Positions 31,078-41,250 are shown, counted from the first letter of the stretch. The stretch: 64,000 bases of DNA from an uncultured delta proteobacterium (GCA_963745835.1 CAVUZH010000014.1:64001-128000), one strand, 5' to 3'. Numbers and translations are program-made. The notes: generated from the letters alone by a model not told the origin.

Positions 31078-32547
31078 ATGAGTGAAGTGAAATTCGTCGA
31101 TACAACCCTGCGCGATGGGCAAGCCAGCCTGTGGGCAGAGAATATGCGCACTGGGATGATGTTGGCGGTAGCGGAACGCATCGACAATGCCGGCTTTCAA
31201 GCGATCGAGCTGATCGCTTCCAGCCACATCAAAAAATGCGTGCGCGAGCTCAAGGAAGATCCCTTCGAACGTATTCGCCTGGTTGCCGATAAAATCAGGA
31301 AAACTCCGTTGCGCGCAATCGGCGCCGAACGCATCAGCGCATTCGAATTGACCCCGGATTCGGTTGTCGAGCTCTGGTTTGAGCGCCTGGTCGCCAATGG
31401 CATCAAGCAGCTACGAATCTCCGATCCGGCCAACGATCCCGCGGGTTGGCGTAAATCCGTTAGCCGGGCCAAGCGCAACGGCCTCGGCACGGTGCTGAAT
31501 CTAATCTTTTCAGTTTCGCCCAAACACAGCGATGAGTACTACCGGCGTAAGGCAGGCGAAGCCGCCGCCCTCAAACCGGACTACATCTGCCTAAAAGATC
31601 CCGGCGGACTGCTGACTCCCGAGCGCACTTCGGCTCTGATCAAAGTGATTCAAGAACGATCGCCCGGTTTTCCTATCGAGCTCCACGTTCATTGCACCAC
31701 CGGCTTAGGTCCGCTGTGCGCGCTGGAAGCGGTGAAACTGGGCGTACAGGTGATAGACACATCGGTTCCGCCCCTGGCCAACGCTTCTTCTAATCCATCG
31801 ATTTTCAACGTCGCCCAGAATGCCCGGGCTTTGGGTTATTCACCGGTCATCGACGAGCAAGAGCTCGGATCGGTAGCCCGTGATCTCACGGTTTTCGCCA
31901 AGCAGGAAGAGATGCCCCTCGGCGCGCCCGTGGAATACGATTATTCCCAGTATGTTCACCAGGTGCCCGGCGGCATGATCTCTAACTTTCATCATCAGCT
32001 GCGCAATTTGGGATTGATCCATTTATTGCCGAAGATCCTCGAGGAGGCAGTGCAAGTCCGCGCCGATCTCGGTTATCCGATCATGGTCACGCCGTTTTCG
32101 CAGTTCGTCGGTAGCCAGGCTGCCATCAACGTGATCAAGGGAGAACGATACGGCCAAGTCACCGATCAGGTGATTCAATATGCAACCGGCTTATGGGGCG
32201 AAGAAGCAGCGTCCGAAGTCGACCCCAATATCAAAGACAAGCTGCTAAGCGGTCCGCGCGCCAAGGAATTTGCCAGTTGGGTGCCGCCGCAACCGACCCT
32301 CGAAGAGGTTCGAGACAAATTTGGCGGCTCCTCTGTCAACGATGACCAGTTGCTGATGTATTATGTCGTCGGCAAAGACGATGTCGATGCGCTGCGCGAT
32401 GCCGGCGCTCCGAAAGAGTACATCAGCACAAGAACGCCTCTGCTGATGCTACTGCAACAACTTACCCGGCGCGAATGCAGTCAGATCTATATCCAAACCA
32501 AAGGGATGACCGTGGCGCTTGGAAAAAAAGCGGCCGCCTCGCGGTAG
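31078..32547 (+). CDS. Stand-alone pyruvate-carboxylase/OadA-type carboxyltransferase (no biotinyl domain)
   Basis: DTTLRDG, LKDPGG, HVHCTTG, HQVPGGM, PIMVTPFSQ; no MK biotin motif. Confidence 0.88.
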   Translation: MSEVKFVDTTLRDGQASLWAENMRTGMMLAVAERIDNAGFQAIELIASSHIKKCVRELKEDPFERIRLVADKIRKTPLRAIGAERISAFELTPDSVVELWFERLVANGIKQLRISDPANDPAGWRKSVSRAKRNGLGTVLNLIFSVSPKHSDEYYRRKAGEAAALKPDYICLKDPGGLLTPERTSALIKVIQERSPGFPIELHVHCTTGLGPLCALEAVKLGVQVIDTSVPPLANASSNPSIFNVAQNARALGYSPVIDEQELGSVARDLTVFAKQEEMPLGAPVEYDYSQYVHQVPGGMISNFHHQLRNLGLIHLLPKILEEAVQVRADLGYPIMVTPFSQFVGSQAAINVIKGERYGQVTDQVIQYATGLWGEEAASEVDPNIKDKLLSGPRAKEFASWVPPQPTLEEVRDKFGGSSVNDDQLLMYYVVGKDDVDALRDAGAPKEYISTRTPLLMLLQQLTRRECSQIYIQTKGMTVALGKKAAASR

Positions 32548-32599
32548 ACTTTACGCCTAAAACGGGCGCTCTTTCGGTAACCGAACTGATCGAATATTC

Positions 32600-33517
32600 A
32601 TGGCGCCGTTTCTGCTGAAACGAATTTTCCACGGCGTTGCCGTTCTCTGGGTCGTCGCCACCCTGACATTCGTGCTTTTGCGCTTGACCCCGGGCGGGCC
32701 TTTTGACCGCGAGCGCAAACTTCCGCCGCAAGTCGTTGCCAATCTCGAAGCCAAGTATCATCTGGACGAATCTTTCTTCAAGCAGTATCTCCGCTATCTC
32801 ACCGGCGTCGTCCGAGGCGACCTCGGACCTTCGTATAAGTATTTGGATCGAGGCGTCAACGAGATTATTCGCGATACCTTGCCGACCTCGGCGCTCCTGG
32901 GAGCGCTCGCCATCGCCTTCGCGCTTGCAGTCTCGCTTCCCGCCGGCCTGTTCGCCGCCTATTGCCGCGGCTCATGGATTGATCGATGGTTGATGATCTC
33001 GGCATCCATCGGAATTTCCGTGCCTCATTTTATTCTCGGCGCAGTATTGATATGGGCGCTGGCTCTCCAGCTCAATTGGTTTCACGCAGCTCGTTGGGAC
33101 GCTCTCAGCAGCGCCGTCCTACCCACTATTACGTTGGGCGCCGCGCCGGCTGCGTATCTCTCGGCGCTGCTGCGTTCCTCATTGATCGAAACCTTGGGCG
33201 AAGATTTTATCCGTACCGCTCGCGCCAAGGGCATCACCGAAGCCGGTGTGCTGTTCAAGCATGCCCTTAGTCAGTCGCTGATTCCCATGCTCACGGTCAT
33301 GGGACCGCTGACCGCGACGCTTCTGACCGGGTCTTTCGTGGTCGAATACGTCTTTGCGATTCCCGGCATGGGGCGTTTCTTTATCACCGCAGTAACCGAT
33401 CGGGATTATCCGTTGATCATGGGAGTGACGCTTATCTATACGGCTCTCCTGGTCGGCGCTAATCTAATTGTCGATCTGCTTTATGGAATTGTCGATCCGC
33501 GAATCCGCAGCCAGTGA
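32600..33517 (+). CDS. oppB: Oligopeptide ABC permease
   Basis: PGGPF, GDLGPS, DFIRTARAKG, RDYPLIMG, DPRIR. Confidence 0.92.
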   Translation: MAPFLLKRIFHGVAVLWVVATLTFVLLRLTPGGPFDRERKLPPQVVANLEAKYHLDESFFKQYLRYLTGVVRGDLGPSYKYLDRGVNEIIRDTLPTSALLGALAIAFALAVSLPAGLFAAYCRGSWIDRWLMISASIGISVPHFILGAVLIWALALQLNWFHAARWDALSSAVLPTITLGAAPAAYLSALLRSSLIETLGEDFIRTARAKGITEAGVLFKHALSQSLIPMLTVMGPLTATLLTGSFVVEYVFAIPGMGRFFITAVTDRDYPLIMGVTLIYTALLVGANLIVDLLYGIVDPRIRSQ

Positions 33518-33524
33518 GCGGCGC

Positions 33525-34376
33525 ATGATCCGAGCAACCACCCAAATTCGCAACTTCCGCCGCTTTGATGCGTTGGCCGGCGCCAGCGCTCTTTTTATCA
33601 TGATCGTTTTGCTCAGCGGATTTGCCGTGCCCTGGATCTCGCCGTACGGTTCGGGCGAGCTGCGAGAAGATAATCTTCTCGCGGGACCGTCGTGGACTCA
33701 TCCGATGGGCACGGACGCGCTCGGTCGCGACCTATTAACCCGCGTCTTGTATGGCGCAAGAGTGTCGATGACCGTGGGAATTGGAACCGCGCTGATCGCC
33801 TTGATCATCGGCACAAGCTACGGACTGGTCTCGGGATTCAAGGGCGGCCACATCGACGACTTCATGATGCGGCTTGTCGACATCTTCTATGGATTGCCCG
33901 ACATGTTGATCTTTATTCTATTGTCGCTGCTGTTCGGCAAGAGCATCGGCGGCCTCTTGGTTGCCTTAGGTTTGGTTACCTGGGTGCGCTTCGCGCGCAT
34001 CACCCGGGGGCAAGTTTTGCAGGCCAAGGAATTCGTCTACGTTGAGGGCGCGCGCGCCATGGGCGCGCCCCGTCGCAGGATATTGATGCGCCACATTCTG
34101 CCCAACATTCTCGGTCCGATCCTGGTCACCTTGACCTTCAGCATCCCAGCCGCGATTCTGGCTGAATCGACGCTTAGCTTTATCGGCTTGGGAATTAACG
34201 ATCCGTATAGTCGCTGGGGCACCAGTTGGGGAACACTGGCGCAGGACGGCTGGCGTGCGATGCGCGCCTACCCGCACATTATTTTTTTCCCCGCCGCCGC
34301 CATTGTTCTGACCATACTGGCGTTCAACACGGTCGGTAATGCATTGCGCGATCTGCTCGATCCGAGGACAAGATGA
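33525..34376 (+). CDS. oppC: Oligopeptide ABC permease
   Basis: HPMGTDALGRD, EGARAMGA, RHILPN, ALRDLLDPR. Confidence 0.92.
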   Translation: MIRATTQIRNFRRFDALAGASALFIMIVLLSGFAVPWISPYGSGELREDNLLAGPSWTHPMGTDALGRDLLTRVLYGARVSMTVGIGTALIALIIGTSYGLVSGFKGGHIDDFMMRLVDIFYGLPDMLIFILLSLLFGKSIGGLLVALGLVTWVRFARITRGQVLQAKEFVYVEGARAMGAPRRRILMRHILPNILGPILVTLTFSIPAAILAESTLSFIGLGINDPYSRWGTSWGTLAQDGWRAMRAYPHIIFFPAAAIVLTILAFNTVGNALRDLLDPRTR

Positions 34377-34484
34377 ACCTCGGTGACTTTGAACAATTGT
34401 GGTTTGTAGATGGGCGCTTCAGTTCCTTGACATTGTTTTTGCCGAGGCTTAACTTAGACCTTCTAGGTCCAAGAAGGAGGAATC

Positions 34485-35654
34485 ATGGCCAAGACGTTTC
34501 AAGAGATTATGGCCGACGCGCGCAAGGAAATTCCAGAGGTCACGGCGCAACAGGTAAACGACCTTTTGACCAACAACGGCAAAGGCCACGTTCTGCTCGA
34601 TGTTCGAGAAAAAGATGAATGGCGCGAGGGGCATCTCGAGGGAGCGCTTTCACTGCCACGCGGTTTTCTCGAGATTAAAGTTGAAACCGCAGTGCCCGAA
34701 AAGAACACGCCGATCATTGCGTACTGCGCCGGCGGAACCCGGTCGCTTCTGGCAGGCAAAATGTTAAAAGAGATGGGTTATCAAAATGTTACGTCCATGT
34801 CCGGAGGATACGCCGGCTGGAAGAACGCCGGTTACAAATGGGTGCAAGACTTTCAATACACGCCGGAGCAACTGGTTCGCTACAGCCGGCATTTTCTGCT
34901 GCCGGAAGTCGGTGAGGAAGGACAAGCCAAACTCCTGGGAGCAAAAATCTTAATGGTTGGCGCCGGCGGTTTAGGTTCGCCGGCCGCGTATTATTTGGCA
35001 GCCGCGGGAGTTGGTACTTTGGGTATTATCGACAACGACGTCGTCGATATTTCCAATTTGCAGCGCCAGATACTGCATGCAAACGATCGGGTCGGCACAC
35101 CCAAAGTCGAATCGGCGAAAAAGACTTTAGAAGGTCTCAATCCCGACGTGAAGGTGATCCCGTATCAGGCAAAGCTCACCTCCGAAAACATCATGGAGAT
35201 CCTTAAAGACTACGATTTCGTCGTCGACGGTTGCGATAATTTCCCGACCCGGTATCTGGTCAACGATGCTTGCGTTTTGATGGGCAAGCCAAACGTTCAT
35301 GGCAGCATCTTTCAGTTCGAAGGGCAGGCAACGGTTTTTTATCCGGGCAAAGGCCCCTGCTATCGCTGCTTGTACCCGGAACCACCACCGGCCGAGATGG
35401 CGCCGAGTTGCGCGGAAGCCGGGGTGTTGGGCGTTCTACCGGGATTGATCGGCGTCATTGAAGCGTTGGAAGCAATCAAGCTCATTCTCGACAAAGGCGA
35501 CAGCTTGATCGGCCGGCTGCTGTGCTTCAATACCTTGACGATGGAAATCAATACCTTGAAGTTGCGCCGCGATCCGAAGTGCCCGATGTGCGGCGATAAC
35601 CCGACGATCAAAGAATTGATTGATTACGAAGAGTTCTGCAGTTTGCGACACTGA
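34485..35654 (+). CDS. moeB: Rhodanese-MoeB/ThiF fusion adenylyltransferase
   Basis: N-terminal rhodanese (DVRE, YCAGGTRS); RYSRH, GAGGLG, SNLQRQ, CYRC, CPMC. Confidence 0.92.
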   Translation: MAKTFQEIMADARKEIPEVTAQQVNDLLTNNGKGHVLLDVREKDEWREGHLEGALSLPRGFLEIKVETAVPEKNTPIIAYCAGGTRSLLAGKMLKEMGYQNVTSMSGGYAGWKNAGYKWVQDFQYTPEQLVRYSRHFLLPEVGEEGQAKLLGAKILMVGAGGLGSPAAYYLAAAGVGTLGIIDNDVVDISNLQRQILHANDRVGTPKVESAKKTLEGLNPDVKVIPYQAKLTSENIMEILKDYDFVVDGCDNFPTRYLVNDACVLMGKPNVHGSIFQFEGQATVFYPGKGPCYRCLYPEPPPAEMAPSCAEAGVLGVLPGLIGVIEALEAIKLILDKGDSLIGRLLCFNTLTMEINTLKLRRDPKCPMCGDNPTIKELIDYEEFCSLRH

Positions 35655-35684
35655 GTTTAGTTCTTACAACAAATCGGTACATGC

Positions 35685-35714
35685 AGGGCCGGCGCGAAGC
35701 CGGCCCTTTTTTTT
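35685..35714 (+). terminator. Intrinsic terminator
   Basis: AGGGCCGGC-GCGAA-GCCGGCCCT followed by a T run. Confidence 0.85.
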
Positions 35715-35728
35715 GGAGCTTAGTGTAA

Positions 35729-36379
35729 ATGGTAACCGTCTTTTTACTGCGTCACGGTGAAACCGCATGGAACAAGTTAGGACGAGTCATGGGGCGCACC
35801 CAAGTGCCGCTCGGTGCCGATGGAATCCAACAGATACAAAAGATTGCGCCGCTGGTGGCAACGCTGGAGCTCGATGGCATTTACACCAGCCCGCTGCGGC
35901 GGGCGGTGCAAACCGCCAAAGTCGTCGCGGCGAAAACGAAGTTGCCTATTCGTAAAAACGAAGGATTGAACGAGATCGCCTACGGCGAATGGGCGGGTCG
36001 GTATTTCGAAGATCTGATCGATGACGAGCTTTATCACCGCTTCATCAAGTCGCCGGCAAAAACCCTCCTGCCGGGTGGAGAAACGATTTCCGATGTGCAG
36101 CGGCGCGGCTTGAAGGTGATCGACGAAGCCGCGCAGAAAGTGCCCGGCGGCCGATTTCTTTTCGTCTCCCACGGCGACGTTATCCGGGCGATTCTTTGCC
36201 ACTATATGAAACTGCCGCTGCATGAATATAGAAGACTACGGGTCGATAACGGATCGTTGAGCGCGCTGCAAACCGACCGGCGCTGGGCGGAGATCAAGTA
36301 TATCAACTACATCGAGGAAATTATCCTGGCGAGTAAGGAACCGTATATGGCAGCGAGAGCCGCGGCACTGAGAAAGTAA
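35729..36379 (+). CDS. Histidine phosphatase (PGM family)
   Basis: RHGET, SPLRRA, LNEIAYGEW, VSHG. Confidence 0.9.
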   Translation: MVTVFLLRHGETAWNKLGRVMGRTQVPLGADGIQQIQKIAPLVATLELDGIYTSPLRRAVQTAKVVAAKTKLPIRKNEGLNEIAYGEWAGRYFEDLIDDELYHRFIKSPAKTLLPGGETISDVQRRGLKVIDEAAQKVPGGRFLFVSHGDVIRAILCHYMKLPLHEYRRLRVDNGSLSALQTDRRWAEIKYINYIEEIILASKEPYMAARAAALRK

Positions 36380-36383
36380 CCGC
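36192..36383 (+). repeat. Direct repeat copy 1 (3' end of the phosphatase gene)
   Basis: Near-identical to 39390..39580. Confidence 0.9.
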
Positions 36384-36419
36384 GTCGTTACTCAAGTCAA
36401 AAAGGTAGTGAGAAGCTTA

Positions 36420-37412
36420 TTACCGGTAGAGTTGGGTGACAAAGCCTGAGTCTTCAAGATCTTTGAGTAATCGACCCTCAGCAAATCGTGTCGGATTGAA
36501 TCCACGCGCCTTAGGGCTTCTTTTTCCCAGATCTTCCACAATGGCCTCGATCCCTTTTGTTGACGGATATGGGACTCGAGGCAACAATTTGATGCCATAA
36601 GTGTTGTAAGCTTCCTCAAGTGCTACGGGATCAGTTAATTTCGTGAATTTCGCAATCGACCTTAGGCTCGCGTCTTTATTTGTTTTGTAATGATGGATGC
36701 CTTCAACAAAAGCTTTAACAAACCGCTGAACAAAACTCGGGTTTTTTTGAACCATACTGCCTCTTGCGGCGATGCTCGTCCCGAGATAATCAATGCCGAA
36801 ATCAGCCAGAGAGGCAAGCTGGTTGAGTCCCGCTTTCCTAGCGCGGAGCGTCGTTGGTATTTGGAATAAACTCGCATCAATGCGGCCAACCTGCAGTGCG
36901 GTCAAGCGGGTAGGCTGGCCTCCAGCTGACAGCAAGGATACATCCTTGTCGGGATCTAGACCCCATTTCCGTAGTACAATGCGCATGCCATAATCATCTG
37001 CAGAACCTGGTTGCCCCACTCCGATAATCTTCCCTTTCAGGTCGGCTGGTGTCTTGATGGCCGGATTAGAAAATAAGGCAAAGTCATTCATGCTATGAAG
37101 GAAACTCATCAACACCAAAATGTCAGCTCCCTCAATGGCAGCCGAGACCGACGCAGGTCCTGCAGTCACAGTAAAGTCCAAATCCCCCGACAGGACCCCG
37201 GCTATGTTAGGCGGGGAATTCGCAATATATATGATTTGCGGATCAAAATTGTATTTCTGGAAGATTCCGGCGTCGTGAATGACCCAGAGGATCCCCTGGG
37301 AGACAGTGATCGCGCTATGGGACATGCGAAGCCGATCCAGGGCGTGAGTAGTAGTGGTTGCAATCAGTAATAGAAACACCGCAACGACGATAAACCCAGT
37401 CCGTTTCATCAT
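36420..37412 (-). CDS. ABC solute-binding protein, NMT1/SsuA-like
   Basis: Signal peptide; DLKGKIIGVGQPGSADD; LDPDKDV; LEDSGFVTQLY. Confidence 0.88.
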   Translation of the reverse strand: MMKRTGFIVVAVFLLLIATTTTHALDRLRMSHSAITVSQGILWVIHDAGIFQKYNFDPQIIYIANSPPNIAGVLSGDLDFTVTAGPASVSAAIEGADILVLMSFLHSMNDFALFSNPAIKTPADLKGKIIGVGQPGSADDYGMRIVLRKWGLDPDKDVSLLSAGGQPTRLTALQVGRIDASLFQIPTTLRARKAGLNQLASLADFGIDYLGTSIAARGSMVQKNPSFVQRFVKAFVEGIHHYKTNKDASLRSIAKFTKLTDPVALEEAYNTYGIKLLPRVPYPSTKGIEAIVEDLGKRSPKARGFNPTRFAEGRLLKDLEDSGFVTQLYR

Positions 37413-37496
37413 TGAATCTAGCTTTCTGCCACACCAGCTCGAGTTCCTTGCAACCCTGGCCGGTTTGTTGGCTAAATTCTCTTTAAGAGACTCGCC

Positions 37497-38273
37497 TCAA
37501 CTTGGCCAACCATTTTCAGAGAGGTCGACGTAGTTACCGTCAGGGTCCCGCAGATAGCAGGTTTCAAACGGGCCTTGCTTCACCCTTCTAATAACTTCTA
37601 CTGGCGGCTCTCCGGGATAAAGAAAGGGAGGCGACGTTATAAGTCGCTCCTCGATTGCTCCGATGCTGGGCACCTGAATACCAAAAAGCTGAATCCCGAA
37701 CCTCGCAACAGGCGCATTCTTGATCAGCGTAAGACTGAAGTCGTTGTCGGATAAGTAAACCACTGTGGATTCCGTATCTCGGGTTATCTTTCTTGTTATT
37801 TCTTTCATACCGAAGACGGACTTATAGAAATCACAGAGGCACTCGAGATCCTTGGCGTGAATGGCGATGTGCCGAATGCGTGGAATGTTCTTAACTCCTT
37901 CAGTTCCCCAAGTGTTGCTTGCAATCTCAAGCCGGTTTCCTTCGGGATCGTGGAAGCGTTTGTCCTCGTAGCGCCCGTCCTCAGGGCTATCTTCCAGCTT
38001 AATAGAAGAATCGAACGCTGCGATTTTTTTCACAGTTTCCTGCAGGTCATCCACATAGAAACCAAAATGCTCGATGCCAACGTCTGGTTTTCGCATCAGC
38101 CCGGCATAAAATTGGAGGCACGTCAGGTTCACGTAACCATCAGTGATGTAATAGGCATAAGGGTGTGTCCGCTTATCGTTCCATAATTCTTCCATCCCGA
38201 AGATGAGTCGATAGAAACGCGCTATCCGACGGTTGTTGTTGGTGCAGGTGGCAACATGTCTTATTTGCGGCAC
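37497..38273 (-). CDS. Two-domain VOC (glyoxalase/extradiol dioxygenase fold) protein, paralog B
   Basis: IRHVA, IEHFGF, DPEGNRLE, IRHIAI, DPDGNYVD. Confidence 0.88.
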   Translation of the reverse strand: MPQIRHVATCTNNNRRIARFYRLIFGMEELWNDKRTHPYAYYITDGYVNLTCLQFYAGLMRKPDVGIEHFGFYVDDLQETVKKIAAFDSSIKLEDSPEDGRYEDKRFHDPEGNRLEIASNTWGTEGVKNIPRIRHIAIHAKDLECLCDFYKSVFGMKEITRKITRDTESTVVYLSDNDFSLTLIKNAPVARFGIQLFGIQVPSIGAIEERLITSPPFLYPGEPPVEVIRRVKQGPFETCYLRDPDGNYVDLSENGWPS

Positions 38274-38315
38274 TTCTTACGCCTTTTTTATTGACTGTTT
38301 AACTGTGCGACACGC

Positions 38316-39092
38316 TCAATTAACCCACCCTTTTTCTGAGAGGTCGACGTGGTTGCCGTCGGGGTCTCTCAAATAACAGTTTTCGAAGGGACTCTGCTCT
38401 TTCCTCCGAGTGACTTGTACCGGTGACTCGCCTGCATAGACAAAAGGCGGCGATTTCACGAGTCGCTCCTCGATTGCCTCGATGCTAGGAACCTGGATAC
38501 CGATAGACTGTATGCCGAATTTCGGAACCGGTGCATTTTTTATAAGAGACAGACCAAATCCATCGTCGGCTAGATCGAGCACATCGGAATCTGTAGCTGA
38601 GATTATTCTTCTGCCGACTTCTTTCATGCCGAAAACCGATTTGTAGAAATCGGCAAGGCGCTCGAGGTCCTTCGCATGGATGGTAAGGTGCCGAATACCC
38701 GTAACTCTTTTGCTTCCGTCGGTTCCCCAAGGATTGGTTGCGATCTCCAGGCGATTTCCTTCGGGATCATGAAAGCGCATGTCCTCGTATCGTCCGTCGG
38801 GAGGGCTTTCCTCTAGGTTAACCCCGGGATGAAACTCCTTAATTTTTTTGCATGCTTGTTGTAAATCATCCACGAAGAAGCCGAAATGCTCTATGCATAC
38901 CCCAGGATTTCGATTCATGGCTGGGTGTATTTGGAGGCAGTTCAGATTGACGTAGCCATCGGTGAGATAAAAAGCATGCGGGCTATTCTGCTGAGGATTC
39001 CAGAGTTCTTCCATTCCGAAAATGAGCCGGTAAAAGCGCGCTATCCGACGATTGTTATTTGTGCAAGTGGCAACATGTCTTATTTGTGGCAT
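38316..39092 (-). CDS. Two-domain VOC protein, paralog A
   Basis: Same length (258 aa) and motifs as the adjacent paralog; first 32 aa identical. Confidence 0.88.
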   Translation of the reverse strand: MPQIRHVATCTNNNRRIARFYRLIFGMEELWNPQQNSPHAFYLTDGYVNLNCLQIHPAMNRNPGVCIEHFGFFVDDLQQACKKIKEFHPGVNLEESPPDGRYEDMRFHDPEGNRLEIATNPWGTDGSKRVTGIRHLTIHAKDLERLADFYKSVFGMKEVGRRIISATDSDVLDLADDGFGLSLIKNAPVPKFGIQSIGIQVPSIEAIEERLVKSPPFVYAGESPVQVTRRKEQSPFENCYLRDPDGNHVDLSEKGWVN

Positions 39093-39389
39093 TCTCTTCC
39101 CCTTTCAGTGTCGGATCAACTTCGATAAAATTCCGCATCGCAGCCAGCAATAACACCGCCGAGCTAGACTGATCACGTTAGTATGTGCGCCAACACGCGC
39201 AGCTATATCGCCGTGACTCGCTAGTCGTCAAGACTAAATCTTGTTTCTATTCAGCACGGTCCCAAATTATTCTTATTGGTCGATGTGCAAGGTGTCATCG
39301 AGGGAGAAGACCCAGTCCGCCCGTTTCCGGAAACCGAACTGCAGGGAAGCTCCCCTCCCTTTGTGCATTGTGGCGAGCGGAGTTCCAGT

Positions 39390-39580
39390 TTCTTTGCATT
39401 ATAGGAAACTGCCGCTGCATGAATACAGAAGATTGCGGGTCGATAACGGATCGTTGAGCGCGCTGCAAACCGACCGGCCCTGGGCGGAGATCAAGTATAT
39501 CAACTACATCGAGGAAATTATCCTGGCGAGTAAGGAACCGTATATGGCAGCGAGAGCCGCGGCACTGAGAAAATAACCGC
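39390..39580 (+). repeat. Direct repeat copy 2 (displaced phosphatase 3' fragment)
   Basis: Encodes KLPLHEYRRLRVDNG...AAALRK*, the same as the 35729 gene end except R->P. Confidence 0.9.
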
Positions 39581-39766
39581 CGTGATTCAAATAAACCTCT
39601 GGTAGCTTTTCGTTCTTCACTAGGCAATAGGAGCTTCGGACCGTCTACGTTAAACTCGAAACAAATGTAACAGTTTAACTTTGCGGTGAACACCGAACGG
39701 CTTGCCGCGTATGCTTTTCTCATTAAAGATGTATGCATCGCCACCCGAAGTTGCCTGGAAGTTTAA

Positions 39767-39890
39767 ATGGCACCAAAGCGAAATAAAACGCAAATCTTAT
39801 TTTTGTCGATGAACGCGCTTAGGCGCGCCAAAAAAGCTGTTGAGGTAAAGACCGAGGCAGAGGTCATCCGATTGTCTGTTGCATTCAGAC
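39767..39890 (+). pseudogene. Possible decayed VapB/RHH-type antitoxin
   Basis: FVDERA in one frame, LRRAKKAVEVKTEAEVIRLSV in another; no toxin gene follows. Confidence 0.3.
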
Positions 39891-39947
39891 GAACTTTTCT
39901 TTGCTACGTCTTCCGTAACCAGCTATCACTGCCAGACTCTTTCAGGT

Positions 39948-39980
39948 GGCGGATCGATCCGAAATCAGGATCGATCCGCC
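39948..39980. terminator. 13-bp perfect hairpin downstream of the OmpA-like gene
   Basis: GGCGGATCGATCC-7nt-GGATCGATCCGCC. Confidence 0.6.
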
Positions 39981-40050
39981 CTCCTTTCGGGACCTTACAA
40001 ATGCTGCTCACGTGTAACGAAAGAGTGACTACCTCGGGGGGCTCTGCTCG

Positions 40051-40926
40051 TTACTTACTTAGACCCTTGTTGACCAGAATGGCGACGTCCACCCGGTTTT
40101 CCGCTTCGCGACCTTTTGCCGTCGTCGCTCCGCTTTTAGTTCCGCCATAGCCCATGGGTATCGTCATGCGCCGTAGCGGAATGTTGTGCTTCGTCGCCAA
40201 GTACTGCACAACCGCGTCAGAGCGGTCCAGGCTCAGGTCAAGATTCTTTGAAGCCTTCCCCGTCACATCGCTGTAGCCTTTGACTTCCACCAAATAATTC
40301 TTCGCGCCCGGGGCCCTCGAAGCGAGATCATCCAGTTGCGCTTTCGCGTTATCCGAGAGCGTAGCGTCGTTCGCGGCGAAAGGCACCGTCACAATATTAA
40401 CAAGTTCATATTGATCGATCGCATCAATTCGCTTGTTGGTGTCGACAACTTCCTTGCTCGTCTGTGCAAGTTTTTGTTCGTTTTCTGAGACCTTCTTATT
40501 TATCGGAGCCGTTTGGGCATACGCGGTTATCGCCGCCTTGAGGTCAGCTTCGGTGAACTCAATCTCGTCGGCCACGAGACGACCCCCAGCACCCTTCCCT
40601 CGACCTCCAGGATGAGGCCGGGCACGAGCATGGTTGCATCCATACGCTTGTCTCGGCGAAATAGCCCCTTACGCTCACCCTCTATTTCGGTTTTGTCGGT
40701 TAACGCAACCAGCGTATCCGTTCGCTTTAGGTCGCGTAACAGAAACAGCTCACCATCACGATTCAGGATGACGCCTTTAATTGTGAGTTTCTCGCCATCC
40801 TTGATCACGCGCTTCTGGCCCGGCTGAAATTGACTGTGGCCTTTGTCCGGAAGGAACACTCCCATGGTCATAATCAGATTCAAGCTGAGCACGAACCGTA
40901 ATTTTCCTTGCATGTCGATTTTCCAT
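40051..40926 (-). CDS. OmpA-family peptidoglycan-binding protein, frameshifted
   Basis: C-terminal GYSDVTG..NLDLSLDR..ENRRV; N-part joins as VEGRGAGGRLVADEI if one base is added near 40592-40594; RBS-linked ATG at 40926 suggests a second slip near the start. Confidence 0.8.
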
Positions 40927-41250
40927 AATTTTCTCTCCTTATTTTGGTTATCGCCTGTTACACGTGGGCACCAACTACCATGATCGCCGCGAGCCGCGTT
41001 TAGTTCTTTACATGTCATCACCTGCTCTCATCTTGCGTCGGCAAGGTGAGTCCGTCGCTCTTTCTTGCCGCACGCCGTCAAACTCAATGATGCGACGAGG
41101 TCTTCCCCAACTTCTTCTCGGTAGCCGTTTTCATATGAATCCGTTTGTACGTTCTTTGTAACTTCGTTTTTTTTCGTCCAGCTTTCGTTTAAGTTTTCAC
41201 CTGCATTTGGAACGTTGCGTAGAAAAATAGACCGAAGCTATCAAGCGCGT

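Noticed and set aside
31078-32547. Na+-pumping oxaloacetate decarboxylase
   Set aside because: No oadB/oadG; adjacent ATP-dependent biotin carboxylase points to carboxylation
39241-39576. 111-aa ORF as an independent gene
   Set aside because: Chance N-terminus fused to the duplicated phosphatase tail; no RHG motif
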